From contig BFEA01000016.1 in assembly GCA_003427395.1 (NCBI GenBank), positions 3,173,122-3,217,130 on the forward strand: a DNA stretch of 44,009 bases, read 5' to 3'. Positions within the stretch are counted from its first letter, which is position 1. Every line of letters begins with the position of its first letter. The DNA comes from Chara braunii (lineage: Eukaryota; Plantae; Charophyceae). Of this stretch, positions 12,547 to 22,629 are shown in pieces. The notes beneath the pieces were generated by a model. The model had not been told where the DNA came from. It saw only the letters and a list, made by a program, of their open reading frames with translations, and did no database searches. Position numbers and translations under genes: made by a program.

Positions 12547-12705
12547 AAAAAAAAAAACAAAAAAAACAGGGTCTTGTGGCCCTGGCTCCTTGTCCATTCT
12601 GGGGAGCATCAGTCCGGTTACTATTCCACTGGCAAGTCAAGAATAGAAATTATAACACACGCAAGATGCTTCCCCCCATTATGGTTGGGAGAAGAGTGAG
12701 CCTTT
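12547..12705 (-). mobile_element. Truncated LINE 3' end
   Basis: Family motif GGCTCC..CCATTCTGGGGAGCATCAGTCCGG..GGCAAGTCA..CCCCATTATGG, as at 818-890 and 16343-16490. Confidence 0.8.
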
Positions 12706-12977
12706 TAGGATGCAACTCTTCCTGATTTCACTCTTCTTTTGACTCGGATTTGACAGTTTTTGTGGTTTAATGGAGCCGGTTGATGTTGTTGTTTTCCTGC
12801 CAGATTTACGATGAAAATACTTAGCGAGTTGGTCTTTTGGAATGTCAGTCGCATTGCATGCCTGTAACTCTTACCCGCTCTGCAGATTCCCCCCTCTCAC
12901 CTTCCTCCCACGAACTCCCAATGTTTCTAGGAAATGAACAAAGAAAGGAAAATGCATGTTTGCTACCTGCAGTGAGC

Positions 12978-13090
12978 TTTATGGCTATGGCTCGATTCCA
13001 TCTAGCATCAGCACTGTTGCTCTTCCACGAGCAAGTCAAACGAAAATACCTGAGGCAGAAACTCACTCCTCTCCCCATTATGGCTCTTAG
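12978..13090 (-). mobile_element. Degenerate LINE 3' end
   Basis: GGCTC..TTCCAT..AGCATCAG..GCAAGTCA..CCCCATTATGGC in the family order. Confidence 0.55.
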
Positions 13091-13221
13091 AACCAGATCC
13101 TGCAGTATCCTCGTATCCGACTCTGTCTACAAGAGGTGGTTTTTTAATTTTTTCCATTGATTGACATCTTACCAGCAGCTGACTTTGTTTACATTTTCAC
13201 TTTGTGTCTGCATTTTCCTAG

Positions 13222-13374
13222 ACTGTACGGAAGTACGTGTTTGGTGTGCATATCCAGCTAGCACCAGAAGTATTCCATCGGACAAAGATTGTCACAATCG
13301 CTCAAAGATTTGTGTTGCTGAACCGGAGCGGATTCGACCTGGATTACATGCAGTCTGAAACATCAAGCCGCCGG
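13222..13374 (+). CDS. VPS13: VPS13-family protein, internal exon (VAB/SHR-binding domain)
   Basis: TAG acceptor, GTATGT donor. TVRKYVFGVHIQLAPEVFHRTKIVTIAQRFVLLNRSGFDLDYMQ matches the VPS13 GV..TK+VT+.PR+++.N motif. Confidence 0.85.
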
Positions 13375-13919
13375 GTATGTTCTGAAAATCCCTGTATGCT
13401 CACCTCATGAGCTCGGTCCTGGAATCCACTCCCACAATACACATGTTTGAACTTTGACAGCAGTTTGTAAGAACTTCTCTTCAATGTGTGAGCTCATGAG
13501 CTGGGTTCTGGGATTTCCTCCCATGATACACGTGTTTGAAGAAGCTTTGACCACAGTTTCTAGTGTCCTGACTCCTGACTATGATGTGCGATATCTCCCC
13601 GGTTGTTGCTGGTCGCAATGAAGAAACTCATTTCACAGTGGCAAAAGAAGCCAAACATCAACTTACACAGGAGTCGTGAAAGACAACTTGAGCTGCAAAA
13701 GGGAAAGGCAAAAGAAAAACCATTTGCCAAGAACAGTGAACGCAAAAAAAAAAGCTGAATCTCCTCGTCGATTCTAGTACCATTGTACACAATAGGAAGG
13801 TCATGACTTTGATCACAATCAAGCACAACTCGGAGAAATCTGAAGTCTGAGTGAAGGCTGGATATGAGAAATGGATCCATAGGGTCCCAGAGTTCTTCAA
13901 ATTGCCCCCCATTCAGTAG

Positions 13920-15070
13920 AATATAGTCTTGTCCGTGTCTTAGTCAAAGACCTTTGGAATGCCGACTCTGGAAACCTCTACAGAGTCGGATAATGGAGTA
14001 GAACCAGCATTGCAAATAGTCTTCGGATCGTAGCTTTTTACCAAGCCGAAGTTCAGGGATCAAAACTTCAAAAGCCGTCCCTACAGTCGTTGAAAAGCCT
14101 CAAGAAGTCCTTAGGTTGGTAGATCTGGGCTCAAGACCCAAATCGAGGTGCCCAGGGCCTCTAGAAGTCAACAGTCAGGCCCAACCCAGGTATAGAAGTC
14201 CAAGAGTCGAAGATTTGTTGAGAGCCAACCACGGGCACAGATCACAGATAATCCAAAGGCTCAGTGCAGTCGCTAGAAGCTTCCGAGGCCCACTGGGTTC
14301 AGGCACACAATAGCCGTAACAAAATCTTGGCCGTTCAGATTAAGAAATCTCAGCCATCCCGGTCGGCAACCTGAGGCGTGCCAGGTTGACTCAACTCTAA
14401 AAAACCTGGGCCTTCCCCAGCTCGTGCATTCATTAGTCCTGCATTGCGCTATGTCAGGTCTGGAGTGCTGCTTTCCAAGCACCAGCGCCTGAAGAAGGCC
14501 GATATAGAGAGCATGAGGCTGAATCAGAGACAGAATGGTAGCCATAGCCAGTAGGAGGTGCTGATGCACCATAAAAGAGGAGGGATATGGGATAGGGTCC
14601 AACGCTTGGAGGAAGAGAAGCTTACCTGGACATTGCTTACCTGGAGTGTTCAGTCACAGCTGCTGCAGAGAGGGCCCACTGTTTGCATGCGCTCATCATT
14701 CTTTATTCAAGACAGGGTTGATGGTGCGGACTAGTATATCTGTCACCATACAGAGGAGGGTCCGTGGTGAAGATCGGAAGGAGCAACCATTGAAGGTGGT
14801 TGGCGAGAAGAAGGAAGAACCTTACCTGTTGGCTCGTGGCTATAGCTACCTGAAGAAGAAGTCTCCAAATGGAGGAGGGAGACTGACAGTCATTTTCCAA
14901 GACTTCATCCTGTTGGCACTCGTACTATCGAGGGAGAGTGCACCACTAGTTATAGTGAAGTCAAGGAATGAGAGGGAAGGTCACCATAGCTTCTGTGTCG
15001 TGATCTCATCCTGACTGAAGAAGGAGGCTTCTTCGGGGGATGCACATTGTCAATTCAAGTTCCAGCATTA
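13920..15070. mobile_element. Probable degenerate LTR-retrotransposon LTR fragment
   Basis: Non-coding. Composition and short motifs resemble the reverse complement of the LTR near 43000-43400; no termini identified. Confidence 0.3.
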
Positions 15071-15911
15071 TCGCACCAGCAATGGATAGGCGTTGTTTTT
15101 TAGTGTAGATTGGCGGTGAAGGAGACAGGAGACATAAGATAGCAGATACGTTGGGTTGGCTAGAAGGAATCCCGTGGACATTTTTCCATACCTTTCCTCT
15201 TCTTATTTTCATATCTTTCACTGCTGTCTCGATTGGTTTGTTATCATTGAGTTGAACCTTGTGAGTTCATGTGAGATTTGATCGTGAGTTTCTGAAATTG
15301 GGTTTGTTACACTGTGCTACTTGCTGTTATGGGGCAGAAGTCCGCACGTTCATATTTTGTCTGTTTGATCAACTTGCGGACAAGAATGTACCATACCTCT
15401 GAAGCTCTGAACCATAGCGAGCTCGAAAGCTTCTCATAAGTCCATCCATCTGATGAGCGCTACCACGTGGGAAGCAGCCTGATCACTGAGCCTCTGTCGT
15501 TAGTGCTTAGGTTTGTTTGCCAGCAATAAGTCATTTGTTTGTGGGCATAACATATCTGCTTCATCAACTTACTCGGAAGAATTCAACATTCATTTCATCC
15601 TTAGCCGGTGAAGAGTACAAGCATCTAACAACTGCAGACCTCTAGCATTGAATGATCGCTGAGCCTTGGTCGTTATTTCTTTGGCTTGCTTGCTTTCAGT
15701 ACACATCTTTCCAGCATCTCCTGCAAAAGACAACAGAAAAGAAGCAAAAAGTTCCAGTAAGACGGACATAGAGTCAAGCAGCCTAAGGGTTCAGGTCTTA
15801 AATCGTTTCATGCAACGAATTGCACAATTTTTTAAAGCTTGGGTCACAGGGGTATACGGTGCACAGTAATGGCTCACAGTGAGCCACTGCGCTCGTTTGT
15901 ATGTTTTGCAG

Positions 15912-16071
15912 GAACTGCGAGATGGACAGAAGGAGGCATATCACTGGGATGATGCATCAAAATCAGAGAGCTTGATGGTTCGGTTAGTTGGTGGTATTTG
16001 GGGATGGAGCGGGGGGTTCAGCATTGAAAAAGTGGGCGATTTTGGTATTCGCTGCCGTAACCGTCAGGATG
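15912..16071 (+). CDS. VPS13: VPS13 exon (VAB/SHR-BD)
   Basis: CAG/GTATGA. ELRDGQKEAYHWDDASKSESLMVRLVGGIWGWSGGFSIEKVGDFGIRCRNRQD contains the WSG.F.I..VG motif. Confidence 0.9.
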
Positions 16072-16094
16072 GTATGAATTACCCATTGCCTGCT

Positions 16095-16215
16095 TTTTTT
16101 CCCTCTGTTGAAACAGGTCCTTACAGTCCTTGCTCCTTCTCCACTCTGGGGAGCATCAGTCTGGTTCCTTCGCACCGGCAAGTCCAAAACAGATACAATG
16201 TATGACTCACACATC
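16095..16215 (-). mobile_element. Truncated LINE 3' end
   Basis: GCTCC..CCACTCTGGGGAGCATCAGTCTGG..CCGGCAAGTC next to a T run. Confidence 0.75.
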
Positions 16216-16326
16216 ACTTCCTTGCATCTAGGCCAAAGGATCCCTCCATGGAGGTGGAATTCAGTTTAGCCTGTACCACCATGCTCCTCTCAGTCACAGC
16301 CTTATTATCTTGTACTGTTGAATTAA

Positions 16327-17000
16327 CTTTTTCTTTTTCTTTCAGAACCTCGTGGTTCTGGCTCCTGCCATTCTGGGGAGCAACAGTCCGGTTCCTGTTC
16401 CCCCGGCAAGTCAATCTGGAATACATGAGCGACTCACGCACGCTCCTCCCCATTATGGCTGGGAGGCCCGAGTGGACGGCATTGATTGCTTCATTGAGGA
16501 AGGATGTACCACCCCCCACCCCTGCCTAAGTTATCCTACTGCTTATGATGCCTGGCTGTTGCCCAGCTGTCTGGCCCCAGTCCTGCTCCTCTCAGCTGTG
16601 ATGCTGTCAAGTTGGTGTGTTATACTAGAGCGGTCTGGAATATAAGTGATGTTCTTGAAATCTCTACCATTCTGTCTAGTTCCTGAACCCTAAACCCTTG
16701 GCTGTGTTCAGTTAGCTATGGTCCGCTGGGTGATGTAGGGGGGATGTGTGAGAGGAGGCGTGGGGATAGGTGGGGTGGTAGGAGACTGTGGTGGAGTAGT
16801 GGTTGGTTCTTCGGGGGTGGGGGGTGGGGGGTGGTGGAGGGGAGGGGCGGGATTGAAGGGGGGAGAGGAGTCTGAACTGTTTCGGTAGTGGACTGGTGGT
16901 GGGTGGATGGTTTGGGGATGCTGTGTCTATTTGGCTTGAAACCCTAAGCCCTTGACCATATTCTATCTGTATCGGTCTAGTTCTAGCGTGGTTTGCATTC
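16327..17000 (-). mobile_element. Truncated LINE 3'UTR with A-rich tail
   Basis: T-rich tail at 16327-16342, family hairpins at 16343-16410, similarity to 38190-38380, and two telomere-like motifs (16686, 16939). Confidence 0.75.
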
Positions 17001-17219
17001 ACAGCAATTAATTCTGAGGAATGGAGCCAGGAGAAGCTAGCATAAGGGTTAGGGAACTAACCATCCAAATCTGAATCGTGCACAGCAACTAATTCTGAGG
17101 AACAGAGCCAGGAGAGCTTAGCATAAGGGTTAAGGAATAAATACTGCTCAGGGTGCGGTGCATGGTGCTCCTATCTCTACCTCTTTGCTCTCACAATGTA
17201 AAGAGTGCAATCACTAGGC

Positions 17220-17221
<2 letters not shown>

Positions 17222-17278
<57 letters not shown>
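17222..17278. repeat. (CT)n microsatellite
   Basis: Directly visible. Confidence 0.97.
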
Positions 17279-17280
<2 letters not shown>

Positions 17281-17419
17281 GAGAATGAATCTTCCTCTTT
17301 ATCGAGGAAGATTCATTCTCGTTTGGCATGTATGATTTCGGCTGTTTTTTTTTTGTTTTTTTTTTGCAGAAAGTTGTATGTTTTTGTTGTCTTTTTTTTT
17401 CTTGTTCCGTGATGTACTA

Positions 17420-18003
17420 CCAGTTGTCCGAGGCTCAGCAATAAAGTCCGAGGCTCGGTAATGATCGGGCTACCGGTAGTCCGAGCCTCGGACTCGATAG
17501 CTGGGCGAGGTACTGGTGGCTTAAAGTGCTTCAAGAATGGTCAAATGTTCAGGCATATATATTCAAGGGTGGAGGGGGAGGGTTTCAGCGAGTTGAATGA
17601 TTCATTTTCAACCCAAGATTTAGTATTATTATTATTATTATTTTTGTTTTCCTTATGCAAGGAATATGAGCGAGACGCCCCCCAAATGGCGTAGAACTTA
17701 CTCACCAGTTGTCCGAGGCTCGGCAATAAAGTCCGAGGCTCGGTAATGATCGGGCTACCGGTAGTCCGAGCCTCGGACTTGATAGCTGGGCGAGGTACTG
17801 GTGGTTTAAAGTGCTTCAAGAATGGTCAAATGTTCAGGCATATATATTCAAGGGTGGAGGGGGAGGGTTTCAGCGAGTTGAATGGTTCATTTTCAAGTTT
17901 CAACCCAAGATTTAGTATTATTATTATTATTATTATTATTTTGTTTTCCTTGTGCAAGGAATATGAGCGAGACGCCCCCCAAATGGCGCAGAACTTACTC
18001 ACC
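17420..18003. repeat. Tandem duplication (~285-bp unit) containing a MITE right end and the start of a LINE fragment
   Basis: CCAGTTGTCCGAGGCTC... starts at 17420 and 17705. Each copy has ...GATAGCTGGGCGAGGTACTGGTGGY|TTAA (17520, 17805) and an (ATT)n tract. Confidence 0.9.
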
Positions 18004-18285
18004 AACCAAATCAACAAACTGGGTAGATGGGGAAATTCGTTTACGTCCTTGCTGGGTTGCGCACTGACCATCAACACATCGATCTTCTCAATGATGTGGT
18101 ACATATCATCAATCTGGACAGTACCGGACCATACAATCAAGGCTCTCAACCGCAGAACTTATGGACCGGCGATCCTAACAAACAGAACTGCATTCCGAAA
18201 ATAGCCTGGCGCTACATTACGAGGAAACCAGCCGAAGGAGGTCTAGGCATTATTGACCCCAAAAAAGAAACAAAGGCCCTACAAG
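17966..18285 (+). mobile_element. LINE ORF2 internal fragment
   Basis: APQMAQNLLTNQINKLGRWGNSF...LWTGDPNK..IPKIAW..GGLGIIDPKKETKALQ, paralogous to 1930-2260. Confidence 0.9.
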
Positions 18286-18493
18286 CTGTTTTTGTTTGGG
18301 CCCCTTTTTTGTCTTCCTGTCCTATTTTTGTTGCCCTATGTATCTCAGTATCTGGCAAGCATTGTTGAAGTCCCACATTTGTTTACCATCTGGGAAATCA
18401 GCTCAAAGCCCCTATCAGACTGTATGGTTGCCAAATGACTTGGAATGAGCTTACATATGCTGTCGTTATTGTCTTAATCTCCCTCAACTTCAG

Positions 18494-18593
18494 GTACATA
18501 CAAATATTTAGTGGTTGATGTGTCACTGCATGCGGCAACAATGCTTGTCACATTTTGGGACTGCGATGGCATGAGGAGGCTGCCACCCTTCAG
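18494..18593 (+). CDS. VPS13: VPS13 exon
   Basis: CAG/GTCAGT, phase-compatible. GTYKYLVVDVSLHAATMLVTFWDCDGMRRLPPFR joins the next exon to give PPFRIENR. Confidence 0.85.
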
Positions 18594-18599
18594 GTCAGT

Positions 18600-20123
18600 A
18601 ACTCAGATTGGTGATCAGTCACTCCAGCTTTCTCACTCAAAGATGTTTGAGGTGCAGTAGTTTGTTGGGTGATGGTTCTGCTGGGAGGTTTCTTGCTCAA
18701 GCGCACAGTTACAGGGCATTCCGAGTTTCCAAAAGGCCATGCTCTTTTGCTCTCTCCACAAGAGATCACACTAAAGCACTCAGAGGTGAATCCCTGAAGG
18801 ATTCACCCTGAAGTCCCTGAAGGATCCGCACTCACCTCAGTGTGATACCCCCAGAGTCCATCCCGGCAGTCCCGGTATCCTTTTGTCGCACACTAATCAA
18901 GAAGGTCACGAGAAACCCAAGAAGGAAACCAGGCTTACCTGAGCGATAATTCTCCTAGGTCAGGAGAAATCATTGCTCATCAGGGGTTCCTTCAGTCGTA
19001 CGAGTGTGTTGTTTGTGTGATCAATGACTTCCCAGGGGAACTGTAGTGTGAGCAGCACCTATCAGGGGCTCACTATCACTCTACCAGGGGTTTCAAGCGT
19101 TGTTGCTTGATTGACTCTACTGTCTGAGAATATTGCCCTCTCTGCCCCAGCCTGGTCCTCGAAGGGTGAAAATTTAAGATGACCTCCTGAGCTGCACCGG
19201 CTGTCAGGTGTGATAAGGGCATGTTGAGGTCCCCAAGTGTGTAATGCCTGTTGGAGGTTCTCCTGATGCAGTGGCCGAGTGGCTGTCGCTAGGTGGGGGG
19301 GGGGAATACGTAGGTTGGCACGTCGTAGGGGTAGTCAGTGGCTTGGCACATCGTGGGGTAATCAGTGGAGCTTCGTTCTGCTGTGTCGCTGGGAATCGGG
19401 GAACTGGAAGACTGGATCAATGGGGATCTTGGGTTCCAGTTTCCAAGTCATGTGGAGGATCAACAAGAGGTGGTGTAATTTCCCCTGATTAGAAGCTTAA
19501 AGTGATTCTCTGATTGTTGATCTGGTCTCTCTTGATGCGAGTTTCCTTCTTTTTTTTTTAATGAAAAAAGAAAAATGCAGGCTTATCTTCTCCTCATATG
19601 GGGGACAACCACGTTTTGTTTTTTGACTATGCTATCATCTTCTCACAGTATTGTACCTCGCACTACCTACCCCGGGCAAGCAAGGGATCAACCGTATTTT
19701 CACCTCACATTACCTACCCCGGACAAACAAGAGCCCATCCACGCACCAAGGGGATCTAGGGTCTTAGACTAGAGTCTAAGGCTATGGGTCTAGGGCCACA
19801 GCAACTACTCTATTCAGGGGACCAGCCTTAAATCTCCTCACTAGGCCTAAAGTATCCTAAGGTTATGGCTCTATGCCTACGTAACTCTGCTCTGTGGCGG
19901 GAGCAGCACCCAAGCTCCTAACACCAGGCGCGGGCTAGAAAGTGAGACCCAACACTTCCACAACCAGCCAGGAGGGACAAGCCGACTTTCTCTGTTGGTG
20001 AACCTGAAGTATGCCACACAGGGGTCGTGGGGAGTTGAATGGATGCCATGGGGAATCGAACCCACGACCTCCTGTGTACCACTTACGTGCTCAACCAACT
20101 AAGCTAGGCCACTTGGCGTGATA
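18600..20123. mobile_element. Probable LTR-like element ending in ...GGCGTGATA, carrying a tRNA-derived sequence at that end
   Basis: Non-coding. The right end resembles a ...GTGACA LTR terminus; the left boundary is uncertain. Confidence 0.4.
20046..20116 (-). ncRNA. tRNA-derived pseudo-tRNA / Pol III A-B box sequence (not a functional tRNA)
   Basis: Minus strand: TAGCTTAGTTGGTTGAGC (D-arm/A box), GAGGTC variable loop, GTGGGTTCGATTCCC (T-arm/B box). The anticodon and acceptor stems do not pair well. Confidence 0.7.
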
Positions 20124-20259
20124 AGACTTTTCCTTGAAGCTATTGATGAGGCTATTCATACTGTTATCTTGACTATTCGCAACTGTGAGGGCAGAGCTCC
20201 AGGGGGGGGAGTTGATGCTACCTGTCCATATAGTATGCAGTAACAAGTAGGAAAGCTTT

Positions 20260-20470
20260 CTTTAGCAAGCAGTGGCTATGGTTCTCCCAGCCCTAACTGG
20301 GAGGAGGGTGGGTTGTTCTATTGATCAAAGGTCATGGTTTCTGTCCTAATGGAGAAGGTAAACCAGGCTGCTGGCCCTCAGAAAAAGGCTTAAAAAAATA
20401 AATAAATAAATTAAAAAAAAAAAAAAAAANAGAAAACAGAAAAGAAGAAGAAGAAGAAGAAGAAGAAAGG
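20260..20470 (+). mobile_element. LINE 3' end in sense orientation with A-rich/(GAA)n tail
   Basis: CTCCCAGCCCTAACTGGGAGGAG matches the family motif CTCCCAGCCATAATGGGGAGGAG and is followed by poly(A) at 20392-20429. Confidence 0.6.
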
Positions 20471-20534
20471 CCACCAGTCAGGGTTCTTTTGTCTGGAACG
20501 GAGAGAAACATGGGAAGCTACGAGTTTTCGTTAA

Positions 20535-21026
20535 ACCACCACTACCTTTCAGGCTGTGATGCAAAGTCGGTTTCGTAGCCTACGAAGATATCTTTCGGGC
20601 CTCGGGCCAGGGTTGGCAACCCTTTTTCCAATTTAAAAAAAGAACAAGATCATTGATGTCGGGGAATGCCCTCACTGACGCCATGCTCACGCTAGTACTT
20701 TCCAGAATGTATCTGACCACTCGCACCAGAATGTATTTTTTTTTCCCCTTCTTCTTTTCATTTCTTTCTTTGTGCCCTGCCAGCGAGTTACAGCGTATTT
20801 CAAGTTCTGACAGTGAGCACCTCACCTAGGGTATACTCACACTAGTACTTCTCAATATATTGCACCACTATCATGGGCAGAGTGTCGTTTCCTTTCTTTT
20901 ACTTTTTTGTTGGCTGTGCCAAAGAAAAAAGAAAAGAAACAGATCTGCCCCCACGCCAGCCTCGGCAATAATCGGTGCGCGGGTAAATTCAGGGTCGGCA
21001 AAAAGAGGCTCGAACGTAGTGGTGGT
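20535..21026. mobile_element. MITE-like element, TTAA-flanked
   Basis: TTAA|ACCACCACTAC ... GTAGTGGTGGT|TTAA. Confidence 0.75.
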
Positions 21027-21315
21027 TTAAAAAGGACACTTTCCACATTTTAATATTCCTTTGGGATGGGGGACCCAGAATCCAGCAAGTGCCACTCCCT
21101 CACCACTTTTCCCAGTCGGTCTTCACTTCTGATGCTATGTTGAAACTTGAAATGCTTTGTTTCCCTTAGTGAGGTTTCTGAAGCCTGAGGTGGGCTAATG
21201 TGCAATGTCACAACTCAAGGCTGTGTCACAAGTCACACTTGGCAATTACACATGATGTCAATGGTCTATTTTAACTTTTAAGGCAGGTTAAGTTTTGGAA
21301 ACATGGGGCTATTAA

Positions 21316-21466
21316 ACGACCAGTACTTCCTAAAGTCGCGTAGCGTTAACGCTACGCAATTTTAGGAAACGTACGGGCCACTACAGGAGCGCCCAAATTC
21401 ATCCAACTAGAAACGTTTCTACTCTATTTTTTTCCGCGGCTGATAGCTGGGCCAAGTACTGGTGGT
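21316..21466. mobile_element. MITE, TTAA-flanked, with internal palindrome
   Basis: TTAA|ACGACCAGTACTT ... AAGTACTGGTGGT|TTAA; near-perfect palindrome at 21327-21368. Confidence 0.75.
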
Positions 21467-21803
21467 TTAAACTTTGCTGAATCTTTGTGATTTCTTCCCC
21501 TTGACAGTTTCTAACTTTCTATGGATTCTATGTTGAAACTTGAAAGAACAAAACAACTTGGGCTAGAAAGTTTCCTTGCCTCACAAATGTCGCCAGGTTC
21601 AGGAGTTATTCTCCTCTTGTGGGACGTGCTACTTTCTTATATGAATGAATGACAGGAATATGATGATGGCATCATCAGCTCAAGCATGGTGGTTAATGAA
21701 AGAGTGTGTTCTTGACCTACCACGAGATTTACCCAGTACTGTTTCTTGAAAGTGGAATTCAAATGCATCCATGGATTTGTGTTTGTTCTGCCTTATCTTC
21801 CAG

Positions 21804-21909
21804 GATTGAGAACCGGTGTGCCAATATTGTGCTCAAGTTTACACAGAAGTATGTGGATAATCCTCAGGTGCTCATGCCCAAGTCTTCAACACCTTACGCT
21901 TGGGATCAG
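21804..21909 (+). CDS. VPS13: VPS13 exon (SHR-BD)
   Basis: CAG/GTGGGC. IENRCANIVLKFTQKYVDNPQVLMPKSSTPYAWDQ joins the next exon to give the YAWDxP motif. Confidence 0.9.
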
Positions 21910-22629
21910 GTGGGCAGAGTCCAAAGAGCCTCTTTGTGATTACAGATGATTCAGACATTCACTTGAAAGCGGCATGGAGTGTAAAGAAAAGTGTGCATGG
22001 GGATAAGATCTTCCTTACAGTGATCCGGATCCCCTAGCTTCACTCCTCTATATCTTTCTCCCTCCATCCCTTTTCCCCTTACCTCCTGCTTCCCTGTAGC
22101 CCTCACTCGTCCATTCCCCCTCCCTGATCCCTTAAAATCAAAGCCATTGTCAAACCCTTGAGAGATCACCAGGTATGGGTTCAGATATGAACTGCAAGAG
22201 GAACACATCGTCTGCATAAGCACATCCTACATCCTAAACCTGGAAATTAGTATGAAAACATGTGATGAAGTCCATATCAAAGAGCTTGTATTCCCTGCTC
22301 AGCAGTCTCATGTACCCCAGTCGTGCTTATCCCCATAAACCGGGGTGTTTATGAGCGTTTATCACATCCGAGAGGGCTGCTAATGACGCACGAAGTGTGT
22401 ATGGTTCCACTGATAGTGACATAATTGCAAACCCTGTGCTTGTTTGCATCTTTTCCACAATGCTGCCATGCATGATGCTTATATCATGGTGACCGTATGG
22501 GTCCTATTAGACATAACATGAGGAATGGAGCACAAACTCTTCACATGATTAGTATGCTAGGTAGTGTCCAGCACACGGCCAGGTGCAACTCAACTGTGTC
22601 CTCTCTCCATCGTACAAAATGTCTCAATG

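Noticed and set aside
12585-12640. Hammerhead ribozyme in the LINE 3' motif (CUGAUG)
   Set aside because: The core reads CUGAUGC or CUGUUGC, not CUGANGA, and there is no properly placed GAAA/UH.
12041-12843. Additional upstream VPS13 exons (12041-12109 TLTGLGQRCV..; 12804-12843 FTMKILSELVFWN)
   Set aside because: AG/GT boundaries exist but there is no recognisable VPS13 motif, and these two are not phase-compatible with each other. RNA-seq is needed.
20046-20116. Functional tRNA gene
   Set aside because: The anticodon and acceptor stems do not pair; only the D- and T-arm/promoter boxes remain.
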